Assembly: GCA_964344285.1 (NCBI GenBank)
Contig: CAYFMM010000003.1
Location: 67,072-131,071, forward strand
Length of the DNA: 64,000 nucleotides
Direction of reading: 5' to 3'
Origin: an uncultured Methanosarcinales archaeon
GTDB lineage: Archaea; Nanobdellota; Nanobdellia; Woesearchaeales; GW2011-AR9
The translations under genes were made by a program, and so were the position numbers. This document shows positions 28,791 to 38,456 of the stretch, piece by piece. How positions within the stretch are numbered: the stretch's first letter is position 1; each line of letters opens with the position of its first letter. Below the pieces are notes generated by a model that saw only the letters and a program-made list of their open reading frames with translations, did not search any database and was not told where the DNA came from.

Positions 28791-29702
28791 GTGAGTAAAT
28801 TGGAGATTAACAAAATGAAAGATATAATTATTACAATACCAGCGTTTAATGAGCAAAAAACATTACCAGGTGTGATAAAAGCAATTATTGCAGTCATGCA
28901 AAAATCTACATATGCTAAACGATATCAAATTCTTGTAGTTGATGATGGCAGTGCAGATGATACAATACAAGTTGCAAAAAAAGCAGGAGCGATCGTTGTA
29001 GGAAAAAAACATCGAGGACTTGCACAAACTTTTCGTAGTGAGATGGAAGAATGTTTGAAAAGAAAAGCAAAGATTATTGTACATACAGATGCTGATGGTC
29101 AATATAACCCCGCTCATATCCCTGAGTTAATTGCAAAGGTAGAACAAGGATATGATTTAGTGCTTGGAAGTAGATTTTTAATCAACAGAAAACATAGGAT
29201 GCCACTACTAAAAAAATTAGGCAATATTGCATTTGCAAAAGTTATCGGTTCTTTACTTGGACAAAAGATCACAGATACTACCACCGGATTTAGAGGATTT
29301 AATGCTGCAATTGCAAGTGAAATTTCGTATATCAATACATTTACATATACACAAGAACAGATTATTAAGGCAGTTAAACAAGGGTTTAAGGTTACTGAGA
29401 TCCCAATTACAATTAAGAAAACACGAGAGAGTAGATTGTTTAATAGCCCGATCCAATATGCGTTACGGGCATGGATTAATATTTTACGAATTTATAGAGA
29501 TTATCAACCACTATCATTCTTTGGCAGAATTGGGATTGGGTTTTTCTCAGTTGGTTTTGTCATTGGGTTGTGGTTGTTGTATCGGTTTGTAACTTTAGGA
29601 TATGTTGGGCGGGTACCTTCACAGATTTTAAGTGTACTGCTAATGCTAGTTGGAATGCAAATTGTATTATTTGGGTTTCTTGCTGATATGAGCAAACAAT
29701 GA
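28791..29702 (+). CDS. GT2 polyprenyl-phosphate glycosyltransferase with C-terminal TM anchor (DPM1/GtrB-like)
   Basis: IITIPAFNEQKTL, VVDDGSADDT, and C-terminal TM helices (GIGFFSVGFVIGLWLLY). Confidence 0.65.
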   Translation: MSKLEINKMKDIIITIPAFNEQKTLPGVIKAIIAVMQKSTYAKRYQILVVDDGSADDTIQVAKKAGAIVVGKKHRGLAQTFRSEMEECLKRKAKIIVHTDADGQYNPAHIPELIAKVEQGYDLVLGSRFLINRKHRMPLLKKLGNIAFAKVIGSLLGQKITDTTTGFRGFNAAIASEISYINTFTYTQEQIIKAVKQGFKVTEIPITIKKTRESRLFNSPIQYALRAWINILRIYRDYQPLSFFGRIGIGFFSVGFVIGLWLLYRFVTLGYVGRVPSQILSVLLMLVGMQIVLFGFLADMSKQ

Positions 29703-29741
29703 ATCCTACGACTCTAGATTCATTAAGTTTAAAAAGTAAAA

Positions 29742-32700
29742 ATGCACGAAAATAGTATGAATAAGGATGGGGTTTTGGGAGGAAAAAAGCTACGTATTGC
29801 GTATTGTGGAGTAGTTGGAGATTTGTTTCATTACGGTCATTTACAAAGTTTACTCTTTGCAAAGTCTATTTCTGACGTTAGTATTTGCGGAGTGTTTACA
29901 GATGAAGTTGTAGAGACATATAGAGAAAAACCAATTGCAAATTTTCAAGAGAGGTTACCTATTTTTCAGAATTTACGCTGTGTAGATAGAGTAATGATCC
30001 AAAATGAAAGAGACCCTACAGATAATTTGAAACGGATTCATGAGGAGTTCCCTGATGCAGAGATTATCTTAGTACATGGCGATGATTTAAGTTACGTGCA
30101 CGGCTCAGATTATGTAAAAGAGATTGGAGGAAGAGTTGCAAAGCACCCTTATTACCAACGCCTTTCAACATTTAAGATTATTAACACATTACTTGAGCGT
30201 AAAGATAAAATCAAAGATATAAAATCACTCTCTTCTTACATCACAGATAAAGAAGACCTTGATGAAGAAGCAAAGCGAGGAAACAAGTTTATTATTTCAT
30301 CAAAGGCCGATACGTTAAAGGCGCTAAAACCATTATTAAAGAAGAGTAAGGTTGAAGGGTTGTATAGTTTTTCTGTACAAGAATGGGAAAATAGACAAGC
30401 AGAGATCATACAAGCAATACAAACAACTTTTGGCAATACTTTACTTGTTGTAAGAAATTCAGTGATTAAAGAACATATTTCTGCTAAATTTGATGATAAT
30501 TCATTCCCTTATTTTACAAAAATAGACAGTGAGAATAAAGAAGAAATAATCTCAAGTGTACAGGAGATCATTAGTGCATATGAACAAAATCTTGAAGAGA
30601 CACGACAGCAACAAATTTTAATTCAACCATCAGTAGAAGTAATGATTAAAGGAAATGCATATCCTTCAACCTCTGGGAAATATCTTTTATTGAACTGTGA
30701 TTATTTTTCCCAAGGAAAAAGAGTTAGAAATGAAACATTTAGAATTAGTCCAAAAGATAAAGAGATCCCTACTCTTATTGGTAAGGCAAAAGAAGCCATT
30801 GAGGAAATTCAAAGCCTCATTCCCAATATGAAATTGGACGTTAATTTTGCTATCTCTAAAGAGGGAGAGGTGTACATTTTTGACGTTAACTTATTGTCTG
30901 ATCTATTTGTGCATGGCTGGGGAGGAACAACCTCAATCCAGTCATTAGAATGCCATACACTTCGTTATGTTGATTTTCCAAAGAGAATTGGCAATGCTAT
31001 TGACCGAAGAATTTTTTGTGAGATTCGTAAAAAACATCACACTGTATATTTTGACAAAAAGGATGTAGAAAGATGGAATAATGAAGGAATAATATTGCTA
31101 GAGGCAAGAGAAAGAGAAAGAATAATCAAAGATAATTTAGAACAAATTGAAAGATTTTTTTCATTTTATGTAGATCATAAAAATACAAACTTTGCTAAGA
31201 AAACGGACCAAGAATTGTCTGTAGTTTATAGTGAACTGTTAAATCTTGTGATGGAAAATGGTTCATTTTTCCCTTACTCTAGAGAGGAAACTGTAAAGCC
31301 CATTAAAGATAAAGTTATGGAATTATTAAAAGGAGTACACAATCCACAAAAAATATTACAAAAATTAACTACTCCAGTTGAAGAAGATTTATTCTTACGA
31401 GAGCAAAAAGAACGTTTGGTCGCATTTAAAGATGGAAGCAAAGAGGGATTGATGCATTATGCCACACTTCATCCTTGGCGTTTTATCAATACGTATTCAT
31501 CAGAAGCCATTTATGAATTTTTAAGGCAAGAGCAACAGGAGACAAATCTGCAAGATTTGCAGCAAGAGATTACACAAAAAGAAGAAGAAAATAGAGAACG
31601 TAGAATTGAACAAGAGAAATTGTTTAAGGAGATTGATAATCATGAGCTGCAAGAATTATGTATGTTTTTACAGAAGATTGCAGTTGTAAGATTAGAGAAT
31701 AAAAATATTTGGGCAGGGTATGAGTATTTATTCTTAGGATTATTTGAAGAGATAGCATCTAGATTAGAGTTAAGTATTGAAGACTTCTTATACACCTATA
31801 GGATTGAAGAGATTAAAGAGTTTTTAATTGAAGGAAGAAAGCTTTCTTTAGAAGATATTACAAGAAGATTAAAATATTTTAATTTAGAAATTTTTCCACA
31901 TAGAACTATTGTAGGATATAAATTAAAGTACGGAAAAGAGTTAGAACATCAACAGCAAAAAGAAGGAGTTTTAGTAGGGGAAGCAGGAAACTTAGGCAAA
32001 GTAGTAGGAAGGGCATTAGTGGTTACAGACGATAGCATTAGCTCTTTGATGAAACTAAAAAAAGAAATGACTTCTGAGGACATTTATATCACAACTATGA
32101 CTCATCCTGCCATGGTTTCCTTATTACATAAGGCAAAAGGAATTGTAACTGACGAAGGAGGGATCACTTCACACGCAGCCATTATCTCAAGAGAAATGGA
32201 TATCCCTTGTTTGGTAGGAACACGTGTAGCCACAAGATATTTTAAAACAGGAGACATTATCGAATTAGATTCTTATAATAAAAAAGTTAAGAAAGTTGAG
32301 GGAATTGATTTAGCTACCTATAATGCACAATTGTCTCCAAAGCAAGAGGAAGAAGAATGTGATATCTCCGTATTAGAGATTACAAAACCAAAAATTGACA
32401 AAAGTATTCCATACACCTTATCCTTTAGTGAGCTTTTGGGCAAGGGGAATCTTGTTGGAGGGAAGGGAGCAAACTTAGGGATTTGTTTTGCTAACCATAC
32501 TGTGCCCGATGGTTTTAGTATTACTCGAAGATTGTATGATGAAATATTAGGTCAGTTTTTGGGAGAAAGGGAATTCCTAAGGATTGATTTAGAGAGTGAT
32601 GCAAAATTATTAGAAACTGTTAGAGAATTTATCAAAGATTATAAGTTTCCAGAAGAGTTAGTACAAGAGGTTGAAACAAGATTATCTTCATTAAGAGGAA

Positions 32701-33302
32701 AACAATTTGCGGTACGAAGTTCTGCTTCATGTGAGGATTCTGCGCAAAATAGCTTTGCTGGTCAGTTCAGTAGTTATTTAGGAGTTAAAAAAGAAGGCGT
32801 AATTGATGCAGTAAAAGATTGTTTATGTTCTGCATTCATGGAAAATGTGTTTTCATATATTGCATTAAGCAAATTAAGTTTAGAACATTTTTTTATGAGC
32901 GTTGTTGTACAAAAATTTGTTGAGAGCGAAAAGTCAGGAGTTCTATTCTCGCAAAACCCAAGTGATCCATTGATTGAAGGGTTTTGGATTGATGCAAATT
33001 TTGGCGTAGGAGAATCAGTAGTTTCTGGAGAAGTTAAACCAGACCAATACTTTGTGCATGCAATGGGCGTTGATATGAAAATTTCAGATGAGAAGGAAGC
33101 TTATTCTTATGCTTCTGGAAATCTATCTTCAGAAAGAAAAGAGGGAAGAGTTCTAGAGGATTCTGAAATTCAAGAGTTAGTTGATTTAGGAAAGAGATTA
33201 AAAGATTATTATGACAAAGAGATAGAATGTGAATGGGCTTATTTTGAGAATAAGTTACATTTGCTACAAGTCAGACCGATTACGGTAATAAGAGAGGAGT
33301 AA
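29742..33302 (+). CDS. multidomain enzyme: TagD-like cytidylyltransferase + central domain of unknown function + PEP-utilizing phosphohistidine swivel domain + PPDK_N ATP-binding (ATP-grasp) domain
   Basis: N-terminal HxGH motif (CGVVGDLFHYGHLQS, glycerol-3-phosphate cytidylyltransferase-like). Phosphohistidine motif GGITSHAAIISREMDIPCLVG near residue 800. C-terminal PEP synthase/PPDK N-terminal nucleotide-binding domain (LVGGKGANLG...FAVRSSASCEDS). Domain order is permuted relative to PEP synthase. Confidence 0.6.
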   Translation: MHENSMNKDGVLGGKKLRIAYCGVVGDLFHYGHLQSLLFAKSISDVSICGVFTDEVVETYREKPIANFQERLPIFQNLRCVDRVMIQNERDPTDNLKRIHEEFPDAEIILVHGDDLSYVHGSDYVKEIGGRVAKHPYYQRLSTFKIINTLLERKDKIKDIKSLSSYITDKEDLDEEAKRGNKFIISSKADTLKALKPLLKKSKVEGLYSFSVQEWENRQAEIIQAIQTTFGNTLLVVRNSVIKEHISAKFDDNSFPYFTKIDSENKEEIISSVQEIISAYEQNLEETRQQQILIQPSVEVMIKGNAYPSTSGKYLLLNCDYFSQGKRVRNETFRISPKDKEIPTLIGKAKEAIEEIQSLIPNMKLDVNFAISKEGEVYIFDVNLLSDLFVHGWGGTTSIQSLECHTLRYVDFPKRIGNAIDRRIFCEIRKKHHTVYFDKKDVERWNNEGIILLEARERERIIKDNLEQIERFFSFYVDHKNTNFAKKTDQELSVVYSELLNLVMENGSFFPYSREETVKPIKDKVMELLKGVHNPQKILQKLTTPVEEDLFLREQKERLVAFKDGSKEGLMHYATLHPWRFINTYSSEAIYEFLRQEQQETNLQDLQQEITQKEEENRERRIEQEKLFKEIDNHELQELCMFLQKIAVVRLENKNIWAGYEYLFLGLFEEIASRLELSIEDFLYTYRIEEIKEFLIEGRKLSLEDITRRLKYFNLEIFPHRTIVGYKLKYGKELEHQQQKEGVLVGEAGNLGKVVGRALVVTDDSISSLMKLKKEMTSEDIYITTMTHPAMVSLLHKAKGIVTDEGGITSHAAIISREMDIPCLVGTRVATRYFKTGDIIELDSYNKKVKKVEGIDLATYNAQLSPKQEEEECDISVLEITKPKIDKSIPYTLSFSELLGKGNLVGGKGANLGICFANHTVPDGFSITRRLYDEILGQFLGEREFLRIDLESDAKLLETVREFIKDYKFPEELVQEVETRLSSLRGKQFAVRSSASCEDSAQNSFAGQFSSYLGVKKEGVIDAVKDCLCSAFMENVFSYIALSKLSLEHFFMSVVVQKFVESEKSGVLFSQNPSDPLIEGFWIDANFGVGESVVSGEVKPDQYFVHAMGVDMKISDEKEAYSYASGNLSSERKEGRVLEDSEIQELVDLGKRLKDYYDKEIECEWAYFENKLHLLQVRPITVIREE

Positions 33303-33328
33303 AAAAGTTAAAAGAAAAATATTAAAAT

Positions 33329-34081
33329 TTAAAGAAACCCTAATTCATTTAATTCTTTTTCCAGCTTGGCAACATAAGCTGCATTTGCTGTGCCGTCACG
33401 TAGAACTCGGTCATCAAAGTGGATTGCAGTCATGCCGTGGTGCTGTGCCCACTCACAATTACCTCTGCTATTATCAATGAATACACTTTGGCCTTTGGCA
33501 ACATCTGCTTTATCTGCAGCAACATCGTACTGTTTTGCATCTGCACCTTTTTTCAAGGTTCCAACATCTGCATCAGCAGAAATAACCATCGGATCGAATC
33601 TTTCTGATAGGCCATATTTAGCATCTACTGCTTGCATTCTATCTCCCGGATTATCAGTAATCATTCCAACAGCATAACCTGCATCCTTAACTCTTGTTGC
33701 AAGGTCTAACATTGGTTCATTCATTTTCGTAGCTTCAAAACCAGCTTGGACATCTTCGTATGTGATGCCTGGGTTAACACCGTATAGGGATTGCACTTTT
33801 GTATTGAAATCGTCCAACATTCCAGAGTGCATTATTTGTCCTTCCTCTAAGGGATGCATAAAACGTGCTTTTCCATCATCGTCAGCATACGTCCCTTGAT
33901 AGAATGTATCAAAGTTAACGCCTAGTTGTTCTTGTAGTCCTTTTTGTTCATATACATGCTTCCAAGTTGTGATGGAACCTTGTGTATCCATGGCAACAAC
34001 ACCATCAAAGTCCAAGAATAATGCTTTTGGATCTGACACGTTTGCTGGTTTGTAAATTGTTATATTTCCGTTACTGTTCAT
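33329..34081 (-). CDS. HAD superfamily hydrolase (phosphatase-like)
   Basis: Motif I LFLDFDGVVAMD. GC content is visibly higher than the surrounding genes. Confidence 0.5.
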   Translation of the reverse strand: MNSNGNITIYKPANVSDPKALFLDFDGVVAMDTQGSITTWKHVYEQKGLQEQLGVNFDTFYQGTYADDDGKARFMHPLEEGQIMHSGMLDDFNTKVQSLYGVNPGITYEDVQAGFEATKMNEPMLDLATRVKDAGYAVGMITDNPGDRMQAVDAKYGLSERFDPMVISADADVGTLKKGADAKQYDVAADKADVAKGQSVFIDNSRGNCEWAQHHGMTAIHFDDRVLRDGTANAAYVAKLEKELNELGFL

Positions 34082-34120
34082 AGTAAATTCTCTCCTTGAA
34101 TTGTTTTGTTTGGCATGGTA

Positions 34121-34136
34121 TTTTAAGGTATATAAA
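34121..34136 (+). promoter_or_regulatory. candidate archaeal TATA box (TTTTAAGGTATATAAA)
   Basis: A strong TATA-like octamer directly abuts the first in-frame ATG of the following ORF. This suggests the true start is the downstream Met at 34211. It lies in a divergent intergenic region. Confidence 0.3.
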
Positions 34137-34210
34137 TGTTATGGTCTAGTAATCACTTCCAAGGAGTTCCTAAAGAAAGTTTTTTAAAATATGTCTCTTT
34201 TGAGCGACGT

Positions 34211-35491
34211 ATGCCTATAGGCACAATCATGTATGTTAATGAACCTGGCGACCCTTTAAACAGAAGTAAACTATGGGGACTCACTCGTCAAGCAGATGTG
34301 CTATTCTTTGCGTTTTCCCATAGAGGTTTAGTAGATGTTTTTGAGGAAGGTTGGAACAATTTTGTGGAAAATCCCCATAAATTACAAGGACCTATGTTAG
34401 ATGAATTAGTACAAGGAGGGATCCCTAAAGACCAGCTATTCCTTGGACAAGTCGCACGAGTACAACATCAAGATATAGGGGAAAAAACAAAAGTTGTGTT
34501 AGAACGAGTTACTTCTGAATTTCCCAGACAAGAAATGGCAGAATTGTTAGAAAATTCTCGAAGACCTTTCATTGAAGGTGAAATTGAAAAAGGCGTTCAA
34601 AATTTTGGAAGATATTGTAGTTTACTCGGCTCACAAATAGTAGCACGTAATAGAGCAATGGCTACACAGATACAAGCGCAAGAAGGGCGAGTTCTTACTG
34701 TTGTAAGCGACTCTATGAGCACAGTTTGGGAGAATATAAGAGAGGTAGAATTACATAGAAACCTGCCCAAACAACCAGCATCTCCTTGGCAAAGAGTGGT
34801 TCCATTTTATGAAGGTAAAGAGGATGATGTTGAACTGCGAGATGTATTCTTACGAATTATGGGTGCAGATACGATTTATAGTCTTGCTGAGAAAATAGAG
34901 CCTATAGCACGAGTTGCAGTTGCATCTCACTACGCAAATATTTTGTCTCAAGACCAAATCATTGGACTTAGAGATTACACAGATACTTGTCTTAGAACCC
35001 ATGCAGCAAATCCAGTTATTGCATTAATTGCTCCTGAACCAAAAGGGCAAGAGATTCTTGATTCTTATCTTGCAAGTCAAGGAGTAACATCTGTTTATGA
35101 TACACAGGAGGAGCAAGGACTGAACGATATGGATATGGATAGAAGTGAAAAAGCAAGGATAGTTATGGATGAGATGACGTCCATAGCAAAATATGTCCAA
35201 TCTGAAGGATATGATGCAGAGAGAACATTTGCACTTATAAAAATTCATGAACTTCGTCGAGGTTTTGAATTTGGAGGTGATCCGTTCGATATGGATATGT
35301 CTCTTACAATGATGCGACATAATGCAGGATATCGTCAATCAATGCGAGAGATTAGTCTGCTTGATGGTGGAATTGGATATAATATGTTAGAAAGACTTGC
35401 AACAGACACAGGATTTAGAAATGAGATGATGAGTACCTATAAAAGCCAAGTTCTCCCTGAACTGCAACGACAAAGAGCAAGTCTTTCGTAG
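34211..35491 (+). CDS. hypothetical protein (no recognisable motif), in the higher-GC block
   Basis: Long ORF with Lys-poor, Asp/Glu/Arg-rich composition unlike the rest of the window. Start set at the internal Met MPIGTIMYV. Confidence 0.5.
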   Translation: MPIGTIMYVNEPGDPLNRSKLWGLTRQADVLFFAFSHRGLVDVFEEGWNNFVENPHKLQGPMLDELVQGGIPKDQLFLGQVARVQHQDIGEKTKVVLERVTSEFPRQEMAELLENSRRPFIEGEIEKGVQNFGRYCSLLGSQIVARNRAMATQIQAQEGRVLTVVSDSMSTVWENIREVELHRNLPKQPASPWQRVVPFYEGKEDDVELRDVFLRIMGADTIYSLAEKIEPIARVAVASHYANILSQDQIIGLRDYTDTCLRTHAANPVIALIAPEPKGQEILDSYLASQGVTSVYDTQEEQGLNDMDMDRSEKARIVMDEMTSIAKYVQSEGYDAERTFALIKIHELRRGFEFGGDPFDMDMSLTMMRHNAGYRQSMREISLLDGGIGYNMLERLATDTGFRNEMMSTYKSQVLPELQRQRASLS

Positions 35492-35578
35492 TAAAGGTCA
35501 ATTTCGAAGAGTCTTTCACAACACTTATAAAACAAATTTTCTGTCGAGAGCATAAAACAAAGCGAGGTTTACCATACA

Positions 35579-36382
35579 ATGAAAGTAATTATTTTAGCAG
35601 CAGGAAGAGGTTCTAGATTAAGCAAGTACACAGAGGTTTTACCAAAAGGCATGTTGCCATTAGCAGGCAAGCCGTTGCTTCAAAGACAGATTGAAACATT
35701 ACGCAAAACAGGGATTACTGACATTTCAGTTGTGCGAGGATATAATAAAGACAAAATTAGTTTTGATGATGTGAAATATTATGAGAGTCCACAATGGGCA
35801 AGTACTGGACCAGTTGTATCATTATTTTGTGCAGAAAAAGAATTTGATGGATCAGATGATATTTTAGTGTCATACGCAGATTCAATTCAAGAACCACGAA
35901 TTTTAAAACAAATTATGGAAGAACGATTCCCATTAAGTAAGGCAATTGACACTGATTACAAAGATTATTGGACAGCACGAAATGGATCATGGAAAGAAGA
36001 TTCTGAGTCATGTACTCTTCGAGAGAATGGGTCTATTGTCGAGATAGGAGAAGATGGTGTAACAGACGAAGCAAGGCTACATGGAAGAGACGCAAGTTTA
36101 ACTTTTATCTCCAAAGAAATGGCTCCAAAAGTGCTTGAATTATACAAAAAAATGGCACAAGAACATTGGGACACTCCAATCGTTGATGGAAAAGGCGTAA
36201 GTCAGTTTAATATGACAAATTTATTACAGTCTTGGATTGATAATGGGTGGACTGTGATGGCTAATAAAATTCAACGTGGTTGGATGGAATTTGATACAAA
36301 CGCAGATTATGAAAATGCATTAGCATGGCATAAATCTGGTAAAATCAAAGAATTTATTGATTTAGACTTAACACAAGAATAA
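35579..36382 (+). CDS. nucleotidyltransferase (LicC-like CTP:phospho-alcohol / sugar-phosphate cytidylyltransferase family)
   Basis: N-terminus MKVIILAAGRGSRLSKYTEVLPKGMLPLAGKPLL matches the NTP_transferase signature (GxGxRL...PK). Confidence 0.6.
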   Translation: MKVIILAAGRGSRLSKYTEVLPKGMLPLAGKPLLQRQIETLRKTGITDISVVRGYNKDKISFDDVKYYESPQWASTGPVVSLFCAEKEFDGSDDILVSYADSIQEPRILKQIMEERFPLSKAIDTDYKDYWTARNGSWKEDSESCTLRENGSIVEIGEDGVTDEARLHGRDASLTFISKEMAPKVLELYKKMAQEHWDTPIVDGKGVSQFNMTNLLQSWIDNGWTVMANKIQRGWMEFDTNADYENALAWHKSGKIKEFIDLDLTQE

Positions 36383-36467
36383 AATTTTATTTTTTTGCTT
36401 TTCTTAATTTTTATCTTAATATGATGATACATAAGTTTAATAAAGTGAATAGAGTTATTTTCTTTTT

Positions 36468-37205
36468 ATGAAAGTTGGATTTACATGTAGACAAACTATA
36501 ATGGAAGGTCGTGGAAACATGACCGAAGTAGAAGGAGAATATATGCAATATTATCCCCGTTTTGGTATTTACCTTGTACTTCTTACACCAGAGATGTTAG
36601 ATATTGAAGGCAATCCTGATTTTTTAGAAAAACAGATTAAAGAATTAGGAATTGAAGGGTTTATCATTGGAGGAGGAAATGGAGTTGATCCAAAGCTATG
36701 GGGAGAAGAAAAAGAATACGAAAATAGATGGTCGGATCCTCGACAAAGATTAAATGAATGGGTATTAGACTACGCAACAAAAAACAAAATGCCGGTATTA
36801 GGAGTTTGTACAGGACTACATGCAATGAATGTTTTTTATGAAGGAAAATTAGTGCAAAACATTCCTGGACAGACAGAGAGCACAATAATTCATTCTCCTG
36901 GTAATGGAAACCCACATACGCCGCACGAAATTACGTTGTCAGGGAAGGCTGTAGAATATTTTGGGTCTGATGTAGTACAAGTCAATTCATATCATAGCCA
37001 AGGAATTGTAGGAGATATGGTAGGTAAAGGGTTGCAACCCTGGGCAAGTTGTGCGGACGACACTGTAGAAGCTGTATACCATACAGAATTACCTATGGCA
37101 GGAATTACCTGGCACCCAGAGCGTGATTATGCGTCTCCAGACAAAGTATTTAATGAGAAATTAGTAAAAGCCTTTGTGAACAGAGAATTATTTTGGAAGA
37201 AGTAA
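36468..37205 (+). CDS. class I glutamine amidotransferase-like / peptidase C26 (gamma-glutamyl hydrolase, PuuD-like)
   Basis: Nucleophile elbow LGVCTGLH and a C-terminal His region (GITWHPE). Confidence 0.55.
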   Translation: MKVGFTCRQTIMEGRGNMTEVEGEYMQYYPRFGIYLVLLTPEMLDIEGNPDFLEKQIKELGIEGFIIGGGNGVDPKLWGEEKEYENRWSDPRQRLNEWVLDYATKNKMPVLGVCTGLHAMNVFYEGKLVQNIPGQTESTIIHSPGNGNPHTPHEITLSGKAVEYFGSDVVQVNSYHSQGIVGDMVGKGLQPWASCADDTVEAVYHTELPMAGITWHPERDYASPDKVFNEKLVKAFVNRELFWKK

Positions 37206-37288
37206 AGGAACACTTAATCGTTTTATTAATTTATAATTTTTTATTTTTGATTTGCGTATTATAAGAAAAGAGTAAAAAAGAAAATAAA

Positions 37289-38251
37289 TTATTCTGCAAT
37301 CTGCACGTATTTTCCAAGTGCTTGAGTATTTTGAACTTGGTAGTTATCAGGCAAACCTGATCTATTACCTTCTCCTACCAAAGAAGCATCCGTTCTTCGC
37401 CATTTAAATTCAGGAGCAAAAAGACCAGATCCTTTATCTACTTCAAATACCATCTCTAAAGTCCCTGCTTGTGGCATTGGATTTCCATCATACAAATCTA
37501 CCGCATTGTTCCCTACTCCTGAACCATCAACTACTCTTGCAATAGCATCAATGTTAAAGTCATGAGTGGCACCCCGTGCTACTCTTGTTGGCCCACGGGA
37601 AACTTCCCCTAGAAAATGATTTAATGCTCGGTCTGCAAGATCTTGAGGGTGTTCTTCTACCCGAGGATCATTTCTATCAAATGCTACGTCAGCTTGATAT
37701 GCAAATGTTCTTATCAAACCATGCTTTGCATATTCTGCTTTTACATCAGGCTGTCCTGATTCTACAAAGAGTTGATGTCCTGAAGGATCATCAACAAGAG
37801 TTCCTTCTTGGTTGTAAGCTTTGAAATTTGCCTCCCTAAGAGGTTTTCCTGATTCCCAATCAAAGCGATTAAATTCTGCTGAAGTCTGAGGTTTTAGGTT
37901 TCCTAATATGTGTACTTTTCTAAACTGATCAGGTTCAAGGCCAAGTCTCCCATAAAGTTGGAATAACATACCTGTTCCAGAGTAATGTGTTGTCTGTTCT
38001 GCTCTTTTAACATCGGAAGGCCCTAAATAGATTTTATCTCCCTCATTTAATTCTGGGATATATGCTTCAAATCCACGTGCCTCAGCATTTTCCATTCCTT
38101 CTCTTGAGATTGGTGCTTCTCTTCCAAAACTCTCTCCTGCTCCAGACCAACCCGCCTTTTCATCTCTTGTTTGCGCTTGTTGACCTGGTGTTGTAAAATC
38201 TCTTGGTTCATGTCGTTCAAACGCGACGACAACTTCTTCAAAATTTGTCAT
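37289..38251 (-). CDS. hypothetical protein, in the higher-GC block
   Basis: About 320 aa ORF with Gly/Asp/Ala/Arg-rich, Lys-poor composition. No recognisable motif. Start set at the internal Met MTNFEEV. Confidence 0.45.
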   Translation of the reverse strand: MTNFEEVVVAFERHEPRDFTTPGQQAQTRDEKAGWSGAGESFGREAPISREGMENAEARGFEAYIPELNEGDKIYLGPSDVKRAEQTTHYSGTGMLFQLYGRLGLEPDQFRKVHILGNLKPQTSAEFNRFDWESGKPLREANFKAYNQEGTLVDDPSGHQLFVESGQPDVKAEYAKHGLIRTFAYQADVAFDRNDPRVEEHPQDLADRALNHFLGEVSRGPTRVARGATHDFNIDAIARVVDGSGVGNNAVDLYDGNPMPQAGTLEMVFEVDKGSGLFAPEFKWRRTDASLVGEGNRSGLPDNYQVQNTQALGKYVQIAE

Positions 38252-38456
38252 AATAATCAATCCTCCATTGAGTATATGGAGAAAGCACAAAATTGTCGAA
38301 CAAAATGTTGTGCTTTCTAATCTAGCTCAGGCAACAAGAATGTTTGAACATTTATTGCCTTCACTATACTAAGAAACAAGAATTTTTACTTTATAAAAGT
38401 AATGGCAAGGAATTAATCCACAATACTTATATACACTAAACCAAGAAACAAGCATA

